A stretch of 64,000 bases of DNA, taken from positions 312,982 through 376,981 of the forward strand of contig CAZEDL010000001.1 in the NCBI GenBank assembly GCA_964510885.1, in the 5' to 3' direction. The position numbers and the translations under genes were made by a program. Shown here piece after piece: positions 18,051 through 28,372 of this stretch. Numbering within the stretch: the first letter of the stretch is position 1; the number at the start of each line of letters is the position of its first letter. Below the pieces are notes generated by a model. That model was not told the origin of the DNA. It ran no database searches and worked only from the letters and a program-made list of their open reading frames with translations. The DNA comes from an uncultured Gammaproteobacteria bacterium (lineage in GTDB: Bacteria > Patescibacteriota > Patescibacteriia > Magasanikbacterales > GWA2-37-8).

Positions 18051-20612
18051 GTGGAATCCATTGTGTTATTTATCAACACGGTCGTTGCTGTCATACTGAG
18101 CAATCAGACCATCTTTTATGCCACCCTGGCCGGGCTTGGTTTTTTTGTGTTTGTGGCAGCGCTCTTTATTTTGCGAGCGGTGCTGCATGGGCGCAGTAAA
18201 ACCAGCCGGGCCTTCCACAAAACAATTCTACTGATCCGCGTGCCGAAAGAAAAAAAGAACGAGCGGCATGACAATGGTGGCGGAAATGAAGATACTATCA
18301 ACCAAACCCGCGAACATATTGCAGTGGCTGAAACACTCTTTTCGTCGATTGCCGGGCTTAAGCCAGACCATGGATTTATCAAATGGCTCACCGGGCGGAA
18401 CGAGCACATAGCCTTTGAAATCGTGGCCAAAGACAGCAAGATCTCATTCTATGTAGCGGCGCCAGACAAAATGCGCAATCTTTTGGAGCAACAAGTTCAT
18501 GCCCAGTATCCGCATGCCGAGATTTCGGTCGAGACCGATTATAATATTTTTCATCCGAGCAGCCATATTGTGGGCGGATATTTATGGTTCAAGCACAAAT
18601 CCCCCTTCCCCTTTAAAACCTATAAAAAAATGGACAGTGACCCGTTGGTTGCGATTTTGAACCCACTCAGCAAGATCCTTGATGACGAAGGAGCAGTGGT
18701 GCAATTTATTGTGCGGCCGGCTGGTTCGCATTGGCGGCGCGAAGGCGTGCACATGATTCGCGATATTCGCCAGGGCCAAAAATTTGAATATGTGGCGCAA
18801 CGCGGTAGCTTTATGCGCAGCGTGCATAAATGGGGAAAAATTATTGCGCCGAAGCATCATGACCCATCTAAGCAAAGCAATCATGGCGAAAAGTATGTAC
18901 TGACGCAGATGGAAGAAGAAATGGTAAAAAGCATGGAAGAAAAGCTGAGCCACGGCGGGCTTGAGATCACGATCCGGCTGATTAGTTCAGCGGGGAGCAA
19001 AGAAAAAGCACAGCTGAACCTCGAGAATATTATCAACTCGTTCAGCCAATATAATATTTATCGCTACGGCAATTCATTTGGGGCCGCTATCCCCCGCCGG
19101 CAGACGGAGCTGATCCGCGATTCAATCTATCGCTGTTTTCGCGAAGGTTACCACATGGTGATGAATACCGAAGAAATGGCCGGCCTGTGGCATTTGCCGA
19201 TTCCCCATACGGAGACACCCCATATTAATTGGCTCGGAGCCCGCAAAGCACCACCGCCGGTGAATATGCCGAAAGATGGCATTGTGCTCGGGCGAGCAGT
19301 GTACCGCGGCGAAGAGACAATTGTGAAAATGAAACGTTCCGACCGGCGCCGTCATTTGTACGTGGTCGGTAAATCGGGTGGTGGTAAATCGGTATTTATT
19401 GAAAATCTGGCCGTGCAGGATGTGCAGAATGGCGAAGGCGTGTGTGTAATCGATCCACACGGTGATTTTGTGGAATATGTATTACAACATATCCCCAAAG
19501 AACGCGCCGACGACGTGATTTACTTTAATCCGGCCGATACGGAGCGGCCAATTGGGTTGAATATTTTGGAGGTGAAGACCGAAGAGCAAAAAGACTTTGC
19601 TACCCAGGAAATGATTGCGATCTTCTATAAAATGGTGACTGACCCATCGATGATCGGGCCGATGTTTGAACACCAGATGCGCAATGTGATGTTAACCCTC
19701 ATGAGCGACCTTGAAACGCCGGGCACGATCGCCGAGGTGCCGCGCATGTTTACCGATGATACGTTTGTGGCCAAATGGAAAAAGAAATTGAAAGATCCGG
19801 TGGTGCGCGCTTTTTGGGATAAAGAAATGGCCAAGACATCTGATTTCCATAAATCGGAAATGCTCGGATATTTGATCTCTAAAGTGGGTCGCTTTGTAGA
19901 AAACGAAATGATCCGCAATATTATTGGACAATCGCGATCGGGCTTTAATTTCCGCGAAGTGATGGACGGCAAAAAGATTTTGCTCGTTAACCTCGCTAAG
20001 GGTTTGGTGGGTGAAATCAATGCCAACTTGCTTGGTATGATTATTGTAAGCAAGCTCCAAATGGCGGCGCTCGAACGCGCGGCCTTGCCCGAAGAAGAAC
20101 GGCATGACTTTTTCCTGTATATCGATGAGTTTCAGAACTTTATTACCGATTCGATCGCCACGATTTTGTCGGAAGCACGCAAGTATCGCCTGGAACTTAT
20201 TATTGCGCATCAATACTTAAATCAATTGGTGGATAATAAAGGCAAGAACACCGTGCGTGATGCCGTGCTTGGTAATGCCGGTACGATCGTGACGTTCCGT
20301 ATTGGCACGGAAGATGCGGATATTTTGGCCAAAGAATTTGCGCCGGTGTTTGGGGCGTATGATCTGATTAATGTGGAGCAGTTTACTGCCTATATCAAAT
20401 TATTGATCGACAATACAGCTGCCAAACCATTTAACATGCTGACGTATCCACCGAAGCATGGGAACAAAGAATTAGCGGCGGCGATCAAAGAATTATCACG
20501 CCTTAAATATGGCCGGCCGCGCGAAATTGTGACGGCGGAAATTCTGGAACGGTCGGCTTTGGCCTCGGTGGCGAAACTGGATGATATGGATTTGAGTGAG
20601 GCGACGTTGTAA
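18051..20612 (+). CDS. Membrane-anchored TraD/VirD4/TrwB-like P-loop ATPase (DUF87-type) with a ~420-aa N-terminal domain of unknown function
   Basis: N-terminal TM pair. Walker A YVVGKSGGGKSVF, Walker B-like FFLYIDEFQNF. A C-terminal helical region typical of type IV coupling or HerA-like ATPases. Confidence 0.5.
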   Translation: MESIVLFINTVVAVILSNQTIFYATLAGLGFFVFVAALFILRAVLHGRSKTSRAFHKTILLIRVPKEKKNERHDNGGGNEDTINQTREHIAVAETLFSSIAGLKPDHGFIKWLTGRNEHIAFEIVAKDSKISFYVAAPDKMRNLLEQQVHAQYPHAEISVETDYNIFHPSSHIVGGYLWFKHKSPFPFKTYKKMDSDPLVAILNPLSKILDDEGAVVQFIVRPAGSHWRREGVHMIRDIRQGQKFEYVAQRGSFMRSVHKWGKIIAPKHHDPSKQSNHGEKYVLTQMEEEMVKSMEEKLSHGGLEITIRLISSAGSKEKAQLNLENIINSFSQYNIYRYGNSFGAAIPRRQTELIRDSIYRCFREGYHMVMNTEEMAGLWHLPIPHTETPHINWLGARKAPPPVNMPKDGIVLGRAVYRGEETIVKMKRSDRRRHLYVVGKSGGGKSVFIENLAVQDVQNGEGVCVIDPHGDFVEYVLQHIPKERADDVIYFNPADTERPIGLNILEVKTEEQKDFATQEMIAIFYKMVTDPSMIGPMFEHQMRNVMLTLMSDLETPGTIAEVPRMFTDDTFVAKWKKKLKDPVVRAFWDKEMAKTSDFHKSEMLGYLISKVGRFVENEMIRNIIGQSRSGFNFREVMDGKKILLVNLAKGLVGEINANLLGMIIVSKLQMAALERAALPEEERHDFFLYIDEFQNFITDSIATILSEARKYRLELIIAHQYLNQLVDNKGKNTVRDAVLGNAGTIVTFRIGTEDADILAKEFAPVFGAYDLINVEQFTAYIKLLIDNTAAKPFNMLTYPPKHGNKELAAAIKELSRLKYGRPREIVTAEILERSALASVAKLDDMDLSEATL

Positions 20613-20721
20613 TCGAGTGTTACATTAAAAAACACCAATTCCTTAGGCTTTTTGCTCCACTTGAAAAATCCCTCCCGTTCTTTTATTCTTACTTAGTTGA
20701 ACTTGTTAGATAAGTCAGCCT

Positions 20722-22365
20722 ATGACCACTCTTTATCGAAAATACCGCCCGGGCGTGTTCGCCGATGTGATTGGCCAGGAACATATCCTTAAAACTCTGC
20801 AAAACGAAGTTATCCTCGGCCAGATTGCCCACAGCTACCTATTTTTTGGCCCACGCGGCACGGGTAAGACAACGATGGCTCGCCTGATTAGCAAAGCCCT
20901 TAACTGCACCGGTCGAAAAGACAAGAGTGCCGAACCCTGCAATGCTTGCGGAAGCTGCACCAGCCTGATTCAAAACCGCTCCCTCGATGTGATTGAAATT
21001 GACGCCGCTTCGCAGACTGGCGTCGATAACGTGCGCGAAAATATCATCGAAAATGCCGAGCTGCAGCCCACCACTAGTCGCTATAAAATCTTCATTATCG
21101 ATGAAGTGCACATGTTGTCGACCAGTGCGTTTAATGCGCTACTCAAGACACTCGAAGAGCCGCCAGCCCATACTATCTTTATTTTGGCAACGACTGAACT
21201 TCACAAACTTCCGGCCACCGTTATTTCGCGTTGCCAACGGTTTCACTTTCAAAAAATCCCGGCTGATTTGATGCGCGAGCGGCTTAAGAAAATTCTGAGC
21301 GAAGAAAAAGTAGCTGTAGAAGATGAAGTACTACGCCGGATTATCCGGCAAAGCGAAGGTTGTTTACGCGATGCCGAGAGCCTACTTGGTCAAATCTTGT
21401 CGCTCGGCGGCACCACTATTACGGTGGCTGACGCCGCTGCAGTGTTGCCGTTGTCGGATACTGGCCTACTCCTTGGCTATCTTGATCATATTATTAAAAA
21501 AGATGCACCCGGCGCCCTGACTGATATTACTAAGCTCCTCGAAACCGGTGGAAACTTAGACCGTTTTTTTGTTAATTTAATTGAGATGCTCCGGGCAATA
21601 CTGCTGATTCAGGCCGCCCCCGAGCAGCTCGAGTCATTGCACCTTGATTACAGCGGTGATGATCTTGCCCACCTTAAAGAACTCTCAGTGCTCGTAACTG
21701 AGGCTGAAGTAGTGACTGTCATCGAATTAGCGCTTAAACGTCGGCTGGAAATCCGGACCGCTCCCCTGCCCCAATTACCACTCGAACTCTTAACTATTGA
21801 ATGGACCTGCCGTGGGCAGATGGCAGCCAGGCCGACAACAACTCCTACTCAGGGCACCAAACAACCTATGGCTCCCGCACCTGCCAAGGCTGCACCTGCT
21901 CTGGCCCCAGTAAAAACGACTGCCCAGATTACCGAGTCCCCTATTTCACCTACAGCACCGACCCTAGAACCGGCTACCTTTACCGATTCCATAAAAACGG
22001 CCTTATCCTCTATCACCGGGCATAAGTGCCATACGAGTCTCGCGGATATTTCGGCGCGCTGGAATGAAGTAACCAGTCAATTAACTGCCTCTAACCCATC
22101 GATTACGTTTATTCTGAAGATGAGCACGCTCGTCGCTGCGACCGAAGAGGGTCTCAGTATCACGGTGCCGTTTGCCCTGCATCAGGAAAAATTAATGGAA
22201 GCCAAGAATCGCAAACTGATTGAGCAAGCACTGTATACGGTGTTTAATGACCGTATAATTTTGCATTGTAGCACGGTTCCAGCCGCTGAAAGCGCGCCAG
22301 GGCCGTCGGAGGCGGCCACAATCACGAATTTAGCGGCGGAATTTGGCGGCGAGGTGGTGGGCTAA
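20722..22365 (+). CDS. dnaX: DNA polymerase III subunit gamma/tau
   Basis: RYRPGVFADVIGQEH..., Walker A FFGPRGTGKTT, zinc module CTGRKDKSAEPCNACGSC, SRC motif ISRCQRF, DEVHML box. Confidence 0.9.
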   Translation: MTTLYRKYRPGVFADVIGQEHILKTLQNEVILGQIAHSYLFFGPRGTGKTTMARLISKALNCTGRKDKSAEPCNACGSCTSLIQNRSLDVIEIDAASQTGVDNVRENIIENAELQPTTSRYKIFIIDEVHMLSTSAFNALLKTLEEPPAHTIFILATTELHKLPATVISRCQRFHFQKIPADLMRERLKKILSEEKVAVEDEVLRRIIRQSEGCLRDAESLLGQILSLGGTTITVADAAAVLPLSDTGLLLGYLDHIIKKDAPGALTDITKLLETGGNLDRFFVNLIEMLRAILLIQAAPEQLESLHLDYSGDDLAHLKELSVLVTEAEVVTVIELALKRRLEIRTAPLPQLPLELLTIEWTCRGQMAARPTTTPTQGTKQPMAPAPAKAAPALAPVKTTAQITESPISPTAPTLEPATFTDSIKTALSSITGHKCHTSLADISARWNEVTSQLTASNPSITFILKMSTLVAATEEGLSITVPFALHQEKLMEAKNRKLIEQALYTVFNDRIILHCSTVPAAESAPGPSEAATITNLAAEFGGEVVG

Positions 22366-22368
22366 GGC

Positions 22369-22396
22369 TTGACTTTTTGGCTAGGAATGCTACAAT
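22369..22396 (+). promoter_or_regulatory. Sigma-70-type promoter for tRNA-Gln: TTGACT, 16-nt spacer, TACAAT
   Basis: Consensus-quality -35 and -10 hexamers read directly, about 45 nt upstream of the tRNA 5' end. Confidence 0.55.
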
Positions 22397-22443
22397 CTGG
22401 TCACTCAAAAAAAGCTCGTGAGCAGCAGCGGGCGACTATATTT

Positions 22444-22515
22444 TCGGAGATCGTCTAATGGTAGGACCGCAGACTCTGAATCTGCGTATCTAGGTTCGAA
22501 TCCTAGTCTCCGAGC
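22444..22515 (+). tRNA. tRNA-Gln (anticodon CTG); CCA not encoded
   Basis: Hand-folded cloverleaf: 7-bp acceptor tcggaga/tctccga, D-arm gtct..ggac, anticodon stem gcaga/tctgc with loop ctCTGaa, T-arm taggt TTCGAAT cctag. Confidence 0.8.
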
Positions 22516-22525
22516 AAAGCAGAAT

Positions 22526-22549
22526 AAACAGGATAAAGGTCCTGTTTTT
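22526..22549 (+). terminator. Rho-independent terminator after tRNA-Gln
   Basis: aacagga-taaagg-tcctgtt followed by TTTTTT. Confidence 0.6.
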
Positions 22550-22694
22550 TATTTTAGTTTTTGATATTTTATAAAATAAAAAACAGGCTCTCCCTTTGCT
22601 TCTATTTTTTAGAAACAACGGGAGATGAAGCCTGCTTTGTGCGACACCTCAAACGATACGGTGCCGCTGAAATGCACAAGTGTTGCGGGGTGCG

Positions 22695-22991
22695 CTAGAG
22701 CCCGTACCACCACGCGCGGAAATTGCCAATGTGACGCGAGAACCAGGTGGGCGGGAGAACCTCCCACCAACCATTCCCTACAATCTCGTTGCAGAGCTGT
22801 TCTGGCGTCCAGGTGAAATAATCGTCCGCATTCCGAGGGTTTCGTGCGCATATGTTCACGCCACTCCAGCTGGAGTAGAGGACCAACACGTCACCCTTTT
22901 TGAGTTTGAGTTGCGCAACCGGCCCCTCGCCCTGCGCCTTGAGCCGGCTGCCTGACACCAGATTGTTGTCATTCGAAGGAAAACTGCTCAT
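22695..22991 (-). CDS. Hypothetical 98-aa protein in GC-rich islet 2, directly downstream of tRNA-Gln
   Basis: ORF with SD AAGGAG (complement) just upstream and a TTGACAAA -35-like box about 150 nt upstream. Trp/Gly-rich C-terminus with no signal peptide. Strand choice is uncertain in GC-rich DNA. Confidence 0.35.
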   Translation of the reverse strand: MSSFPSNDNNLVSGSRLKAQGEGPVAQLKLKKGDVLVLYSSWSGVNICARNPRNADDYFTWTPEQLCNEIVGNGWWEVLPPTWFSRHIGNFRAWWYGL

Positions 22992-23391
22992 GGGGTCTCC
23001 TTAACCACTGTCCAACATGGACATGATCTTAGCCGCCTAAACGGCCATAATCATAGCTATGTTAAGCTTATAAAGCTAAATAGCTTCCCATAAAATACGC
23101 TTTTTGTCAATACTTAATGTATTTAATTTTAACTGATTCAACTTCTGCTTTCGTTGAGTTTTGTTTGCTTACATGCTAGCAATTCTCTCAGCTATTTTAA
23201 GACTACTTAAATGGTTAATGAGCCTATAAAATGAACACGCAAGGACAGTGACCCAAAACACCCCATCATACATGACGCTGCACACGCACTTTGACATTTT
23301 TTTGCAAGGGCAACCTGATATCAACCTTACTCTTTCCTGATTTAGCTAAGTGTACTATAGTAAGACAATCCTGCTTTTTACGTCATAAGAT

Positions 23392-23892
23392 ATGACAGAA
23401 GACGCCGAAAAAATGTTTCTCGAGTGGTATGACCAGTATGCCGACGCCCTCTATCGGCATGCTTTTTTTCGCCTGTTTTCCGCCCCTCGGGCCGAAGAAT
23501 TGGTGCAAGAGACGTTTATGAAGACCTGGGAGTACCTGAAAAAAGGCAAAACAATTGATCAGCCGCGTGCCTTTTTATACCGCTTGCTGACCAATTTGAT
23601 CATCGATGACACTCGAAAGAAGAAGACGCTTAGCCTCGAAGGGATGGGCACGGAAACCGAACCATTTGATCCGCCCGATAACCAGCATCTGAAAATGGAG
23701 CAGGCGGTGCTTGGCAGCCAATTGGTTGAAGCGATGGTTGATCTGACCGAAGAAGACCGAGCCATTATTACGCTCCGGTATATGAATGATCTTGAACCCA
23801 AAGAAATTGCCGACATCATCGGCAGTTCGGCTAATGTGGTGTCGGTGCGCATTCATCGGGCCTTAAAAAAATTAAAACACTTAGTTAGTTAA
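23392..23892 (+). CDS. ECF-type RNA polymerase sigma-70 family factor
   Basis: Region 2 (ETFMKTWEYL...YRLLTNLIIDDTRKKK) and region 4 HTH (LEPKEIADIIGSSANVVSVRIHRALKKLK). Confidence 0.8.
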   Translation: MTEDAEKMFLEWYDQYADALYRHAFFRLFSAPRAEELVQETFMKTWEYLKKGKTIDQPRAFLYRLLTNLIIDDTRKKKTLSLEGMGTETEPFDPPDNQHLKMEQAVLGSQLVEAMVDLTEEDRAIITLRYMNDLEPKEIADIIGSSANVVSVRIHRALKKLKHLVS

Positions 23893-23928
23893 TATACTCT
23901 GGCACACTTTTATCGCAGGGCAGCACCG

Positions 23929-25077
23929 GTGCAAAATGTGCGGCAGTGTATTAGTTATAATATGGAATCTTTTATCAAAAAAACCAATGAATTTAAAGAT
24001 ACGATCCGCTTTGACCCCGGGCGTAAGCAGGCGCTCAGAGACCGGCTCCTTAGCCATGCCAAAACTCATCCGGTGACACCGACCTGGTATGGACGACTCC
24101 TGGCACGAGCGCCTGTTTCAGGGAGTAGAACTCCCCTATTCATGATGCGGGCCGCGGCTCTGGCTAGCCTAGTGATAATTTTAACTGGTACCGGAGTGAC
24201 GCTGGCGGCCGAACAATCATTGCCAGGAGATCTGTTATACCCGGTAAAAATTCATGTCACCGAAGAGGCCCGGGCCGGGCTAATCTTATCTCCCCGCGCG
24301 TCAGCAGCCTGGCAGGTGAAACGGGCAGAGCGACGGGTGGGTGAAGCTAACGAACTGTTGAAACGAGGCACATTGTCTACTCAAACTGAAGCCAGGCTCA
24401 AGACACATTTTCATACTGATGCCGGTGCCGCTGAACAAAAGATTAATCAACTGAAGGCGAGTGGTGATATTAGCGGAGCGGCGGCAGCTGCGCGTGAACT
24501 TGAAGCGGTCCTTGAAGCTAGCCTTAAAACGCCGCGACGATTGTTTGAACCAGTGAATGATGGAGACACGGGAGAGCCGCTGACTACCGAAGAGCGTAAA
24601 GCCATACGGACTAGTCAACGAGCTGAGCTGGGGCGCATCAGTCGCTTGCGCGTATCTCTCGATAGTGAGATTGCTCATGAGGCCAATAGTGATCCGGCGC
24701 GAGCCAGCCTGAATAATGCAGAACTCAAACTTACAGCAGCTCTTAATATCGTTAATTCCACTCAAGGCTATATTGACGAACTGAAAAGCAGCGGGCGCCT
24801 GCGCAGCAGTTTTTCGGCTACCATAAAACTTGATCTGGCCCGGGAGTTGATCGCCGAAGGGCACGAACAATTGGCAGCGGAGGTGCCAGAAGAAGCCTTG
24901 CGACTGGCACTGCAAGCCCAAAAAATAGCGACCGAGGCGAACGAATTGGTGTTGGCTATGATTGATAAAGCTACTACCGAACCGCCATCTCACAATACCA
25001 CGTCTTCTCCAGCTGTAGAGGCTACCTCCACCGTAACAGTGCCGGCGGCAGAGATACAATTAGAAGTACGTTTTTAA
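23929..25077 (+). CDS. Putative anti-sigma-factor-like membrane protein (single TM, long helical extracytoplasmic domain); the start may be the Met at 23962
   Basis: Immediately downstream of the ECF sigma gene. TM segment AALASLVIILTGTGVTLAA, then a coiled-coil-rich region. This architecture recurs after ECF sigma genes. Confidence 0.45.
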   Translation: MQNVRQCISYNMESFIKKTNEFKDTIRFDPGRKQALRDRLLSHAKTHPVTPTWYGRLLARAPVSGSRTPLFMMRAAALASLVIILTGTGVTLAAEQSLPGDLLYPVKIHVTEEARAGLILSPRASAAWQVKRAERRVGEANELLKRGTLSTQTEARLKTHFHTDAGAAEQKINQLKASGDISGAAAAARELEAVLEASLKTPRRLFEPVNDGDTGEPLTTEERKAIRTSQRAELGRISRLRVSLDSEIAHEANSDPARASLNNAELKLTAALNIVNSTQGYIDELKSSGRLRSSFSATIKLDLARELIAEGHEQLAAEVPEEALRLALQAQKIATEANELVLAMIDKATTEPPSHNTTSSPAVEATSTVTVPAAEIQLEVRF

Positions 25078-25108
25078 GGTTACCATTTATTTTTAATTAT
25101 TTACTGGT

Positions 25109-25639
25109 ATGCGTCTTTCAATTCTTGGCCTTGGTTTACTCTCTGGAATACTACTCATTGGTGCAGGCTGTGGCCAGACACCAGATACTGCACCGCTCTC
25201 TAGCGAAGCAGATCCACCGGAAATTACTAGCCCGGTCAGCACCCCCGAAGTGGCGGCTTCCGATACCATACACGACGGCACTGATACGTTGGCTATCAAT
25301 GCCCTCATCTCTCCCGGGGTAATGAACGTGAAAACTCCAGCCGGCAAAACGGAGCAGGTGCCGACTAAAAATTATACGGCAGCCATGGCAACATATGGCA
25401 CCAATGGGGCCCGTTTCCAGTTTGTGGGCTGTTCGGCTACTCCAGGCACGATGAGCCTGAAGCGCGGCATCAGCTTCATGCTTGATAACCGGAATGCTGA
25501 AGCCCACACGATCGCTATCGGTCAGGCCAGCTACCGCCTTAAGGGTTATGATTATGCCATAGTCACCGTGCAGAAGGCTGGGGTATACCCCATCACCTGC
25601 GATGGCGGCGGCAGCGGACAATTGTCGGTAGAAGGCTAG
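25109..25639 (+). CDS. Hypothetical lipoprotein
   Basis: Signal plus lipobox LLIGAGCG, then a beta-rich domain. Confidence 0.5.
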   Translation: MRLSILGLGLLSGILLIGAGCGQTPDTAPLSSEADPPEITSPVSTPEVAASDTIHDGTDTLAINALISPGVMNVKTPAGKTEQVPTKNYTAAMATYGTNGARFQFVGCSATPGTMSLKRGISFMLDNRNAEAHTIAIGQASYRLKGYDYAIVTVQKAGVYPITCDGGGSGQLSVEG

Positions 25640-25682
25640 CCATAGCCAAACTTCACCTTTTGGCCCGCCTATGTTAGGATAG

Positions 25683-26576
25683 GTGGGCTTTTATTTTACT
25701 ATGAGACAGTTAATTGATGGCAAACAAATTGCAGCGGCTATTTTAAAGAGAGCTGCAGCCAAAGTGATAGATGTAAAGAAACAAGGTGTTGCTCCCAAAT
25801 TGGCGGTAGTGCTGGTTGGTGATGATCAGGCATCGGCCACCTATGTACGCAAGAAAGGTGAGGCCTGCGAGCAGATTGGGATTGATTTTTCATTACATAT
25901 CTTTCCGGCATCAATTACTACCACGGCCCTTAGCGCAGAAATTAAGGAGATTCAAAAAACCGGGTCGTTGTCTGGGTTGATTGTCCAGCTGCCACTACCA
26001 GAGCATCTATACACCCCGGAAGTATTGAATTCGGTAGATCCAGCAATTGATGTCGATTGCCTCACGGACGTTAATCTTGGTAAATTGGTAATGAAGACGA
26101 ATCAGCTTGTTCCCCCAACTCCGGGAGCCGTGATGAGTATTTTAGAAGAATTGGGTGTATCGGTAGAGGGAAAAAATGTGACGATTGTGGGCATGGGTGC
26201 ACTGGTCGGAAAACCATTATCGATCATGATGATCAATGAAGGCGCGAGTGTCACTACTGTAAATAGTCGGACAAAAAATACCAAGGAAAAATGTTTGGGA
26301 GCAGATATTACTGTGACTGGAGTGGGTAAAAAAGATGTGCTTCGCGGTGATATGGTGAAAGAAGGTTCGGTGGTGATTGATACGGGCGTTGATTTTGTTG
26401 ATAGCAAGATGTACGGCGATGTGAATGTGCCTGAGGCTCTCGAAAAAGCGGCTTGGGTAACACCAACCCCGGGTGGAGTAGGGCCGATTACGGTAGCGAG
26501 ACTGCTATGGAATACGGTGCTGTGCGCAGAACATAACTCAAAGTTCAAAACGCAAAACTCAAAGCGGCATCTTTAA
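25683..26576 (+). CDS. folD: Bifunctional 5,10-methylene-tetrahydrofolate dehydrogenase/cyclohydrolase (likely start 25701)
   Basis: MRQLIDGKQIAAAI..., LAVVLVGDDQASATYVRKK, PLPEH, and the Rossmann GxGxxVG (IVGMGALVGKP). Confidence 0.85.
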   Translation: MGFYFTMRQLIDGKQIAAAILKRAAAKVIDVKKQGVAPKLAVVLVGDDQASATYVRKKGEACEQIGIDFSLHIFPASITTTALSAEIKEIQKTGSLSGLIVQLPLPEHLYTPEVLNSVDPAIDVDCLTDVNLGKLVMKTNQLVPPTPGAVMSILEELGVSVEGKNVTIVGMGALVGKPLSIMMINEGASVTTVNSRTKNTKEKCLGADITVTGVGKKDVLRGDMVKEGSVVIDTGVDFVDSKMYGDVNVPEALEKAAWVTPTPGGVGPITVARLLWNTVLCAEHNSKFKTQNSKRHL

Positions 26577-26637
26577 AACTAAAAATTTGTGTGATTTGAG
26601 TTGTAGTTTTGACTTTTGAATTTAGAGTTTTGGATTT

Positions 26638-27951
26638 ATGAAAAATGAATCTATGAATTCGCAAATTACCATTGTAGTCGGCGCCCAATGGGGAGATGAA
26701 GGCAAGGGGAAGATTACCGATTATTTTGCGCGCGAAGCAGACTATGTCGTACGGTATCAGGGAGGGAATAATGCTGGCCATACGCTGGTCGTAAACAACC
26801 ATACCTACAAACTACACCTGATGCCCTCAGGTGTTTTGTATTCACATATTATTTCGGTGATTGGGAATGGCGTGCTGGTTGATCCGAAGGTACTCCTCAG
26901 TGAAATTGATGGTCTCAAAAAACAAGGAATCAATCCCCGGCTCAAGATTAGTCAGCGGGCCCATGTGATCATGCCGTATCATATTGCCATGGATGAAGGG
27001 CTATCTAAGCATCAGGGAGAGTTGGCAGCGGGCAGCACCAAGCGCGGGATTGCACCGGTGGCGGCGGATAAAATGTATCGGCACGGTATTCGGGTGGGCG
27101 ATCTCATTGATCCAGAATTATTCAAAGAAAAATTAAGCAGTAGCTATGATTTTAACGTGGGGATTGTTACCAAAGTGTTTGGACTCCCCTACTCTACTTC
27201 TTTGGAAGAGATCTATTCTGAATATCTAGAGTATGGAAAAAAGTTAGCAGAATATATTGGAGACACCGAAGTTGATTTGTACCGGGCGTATCGGGATGGT
27301 AAAAAAATTCTGTTTGAAGGGGCGCAAGGCATGTCGCTCGATCCGGATCATGGGATGTACCCACATACCACCAGCACGAATAATGTCGCTGGGTATATCG
27401 AAGTAGGCAGCGGGGTAGGATTTAATTGTCAGAAAAAAATTATCGGGGTCGCGAAGGCGTATGTGAGTCGCGTGGGTACGAGCCCATTCCCGACCGAGTT
27501 ACTCGGCGACGCGGGTGATGAACTCCGAAACAAAGGAAATGAGTTTGGCACGACCACCGGTCGGCCGCGACGCGTGGGTTGGCTCGATTTGGTGCAGCTA
27601 CGACAAACGGTGCGGGTGAGTGGACTCACTGATTTGGCCATTACGAAGCTCGATATTTTGGCGGGATTCAAAGATGTGTATGTGTGTACCGCTTATGAAC
27701 TCGATGGAACGACTATGATCGAGATGCCAGCGAGCCTGAGTAAGATTCGAGCTCTAAAACCAGTTTATGAAAAAGTGTCAGGGTGGGAAGAAATGAGTAC
27801 GGAAAAAATTAGCGAGCTGATACATGATGGTTACGAGGCTTTGCCAGAAGCGATTAAAAAATATGTTGATTTTATTGAAAAAGAAATTAATTGCCGCATA
27901 TCATTAATATCACTAGGGCCAGATCGAACCCAAACAATTATACGCCAATAA
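26638..27951 (+). CDS. purA: Adenylosuccinate synthetase
   Basis: VVGAQWGDEGKGKITDY P-loop, GNNAGHT, GTTTGRPRRVGWLD, GPDRT... motifs. Confidence 0.9.
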   Translation: MKNESMNSQITIVVGAQWGDEGKGKITDYFAREADYVVRYQGGNNAGHTLVVNNHTYKLHLMPSGVLYSHIISVIGNGVLVDPKVLLSEIDGLKKQGINPRLKISQRAHVIMPYHIAMDEGLSKHQGELAAGSTKRGIAPVAADKMYRHGIRVGDLIDPELFKEKLSSSYDFNVGIVTKVFGLPYSTSLEEIYSEYLEYGKKLAEYIGDTEVDLYRAYRDGKKILFEGAQGMSLDPDHGMYPHTTSTNNVAGYIEVGSGVGFNCQKKIIGVAKAYVSRVGTSPFPTELLGDAGDELRNKGNEFGTTTGRPRRVGWLDLVQLRQTVRVSGLTDLAITKLDILAGFKDVYVCTAYELDGTTMIEMPASLSKIRALKPVYEKVSGWEEMSTEKISELIHDGYEALPEAIKKYVDFIEKEINCRISLISLGPDRTQTIIRQ

Positions 27952-27970
27952 ATTACTACTACTCATTTTT

Positions 27971-28372
27971 ATGGAACGTATTACCACTATTGACCAATCA
28001 CTCTCCACCACGGTGGAGCAACCGGAAGCGATGGAGCTAAAAAAAGACGGGAAATTTTCTGATTTGTTTAATGTAATAGATGGTGTTATTAAAAATATTG
28101 ATATATCTCTAGCCCAAGCCAGCTTTGTGAGAAAAGCTCATCAAAAATTTTTTCCTCGATGGTTTTCGGCCTCAGACGCTATACGAATGAACAGTATTTT
28201 AGAGCAAGAAGAAACTCTCTATTCTGATTTAGTTGTCGATTCTGAATCAGGAATAATCAATTTTACTATCCAGTGTAAAATTCAAAAAAAGACACTGACC
28301 CGTTCTTTTCGTGGAATACTTAAATCGTTTAAGCGTGATAACCAAGAGATATATGGGATCGCTTGGGAGTAG
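27971..28372 (+). CDS. Hypothetical protein (133 aa) within the pur operon
   Basis: ORF only. Not PurS-like by eye. Confidence 0.3.
   Translation: MERITTIDQSLSTTVEQPEAMELKKDGKFSDLFNVIDGVIKNIDISLAQASFVRKAHQKFFPRWFSASDAIRMNSILEQEETLYSDLVVDSESGIINFTIQCKIQKKTLTRSFRGILKSFKRDNQEIYGIAWE

Noticed and set aside
26556-26630. Long imperfect inverted repeat (aaaactcaaag … ctttgag/gagtttt words) spanning the folD 3' end and purA leader, possibly an attenuator.
   Set aside because: Stems are short and interrupted, with no U-tract. The low-complexity AAACTCAAAG words may simply reflect the folD C-terminal codons repeated in the spacer.
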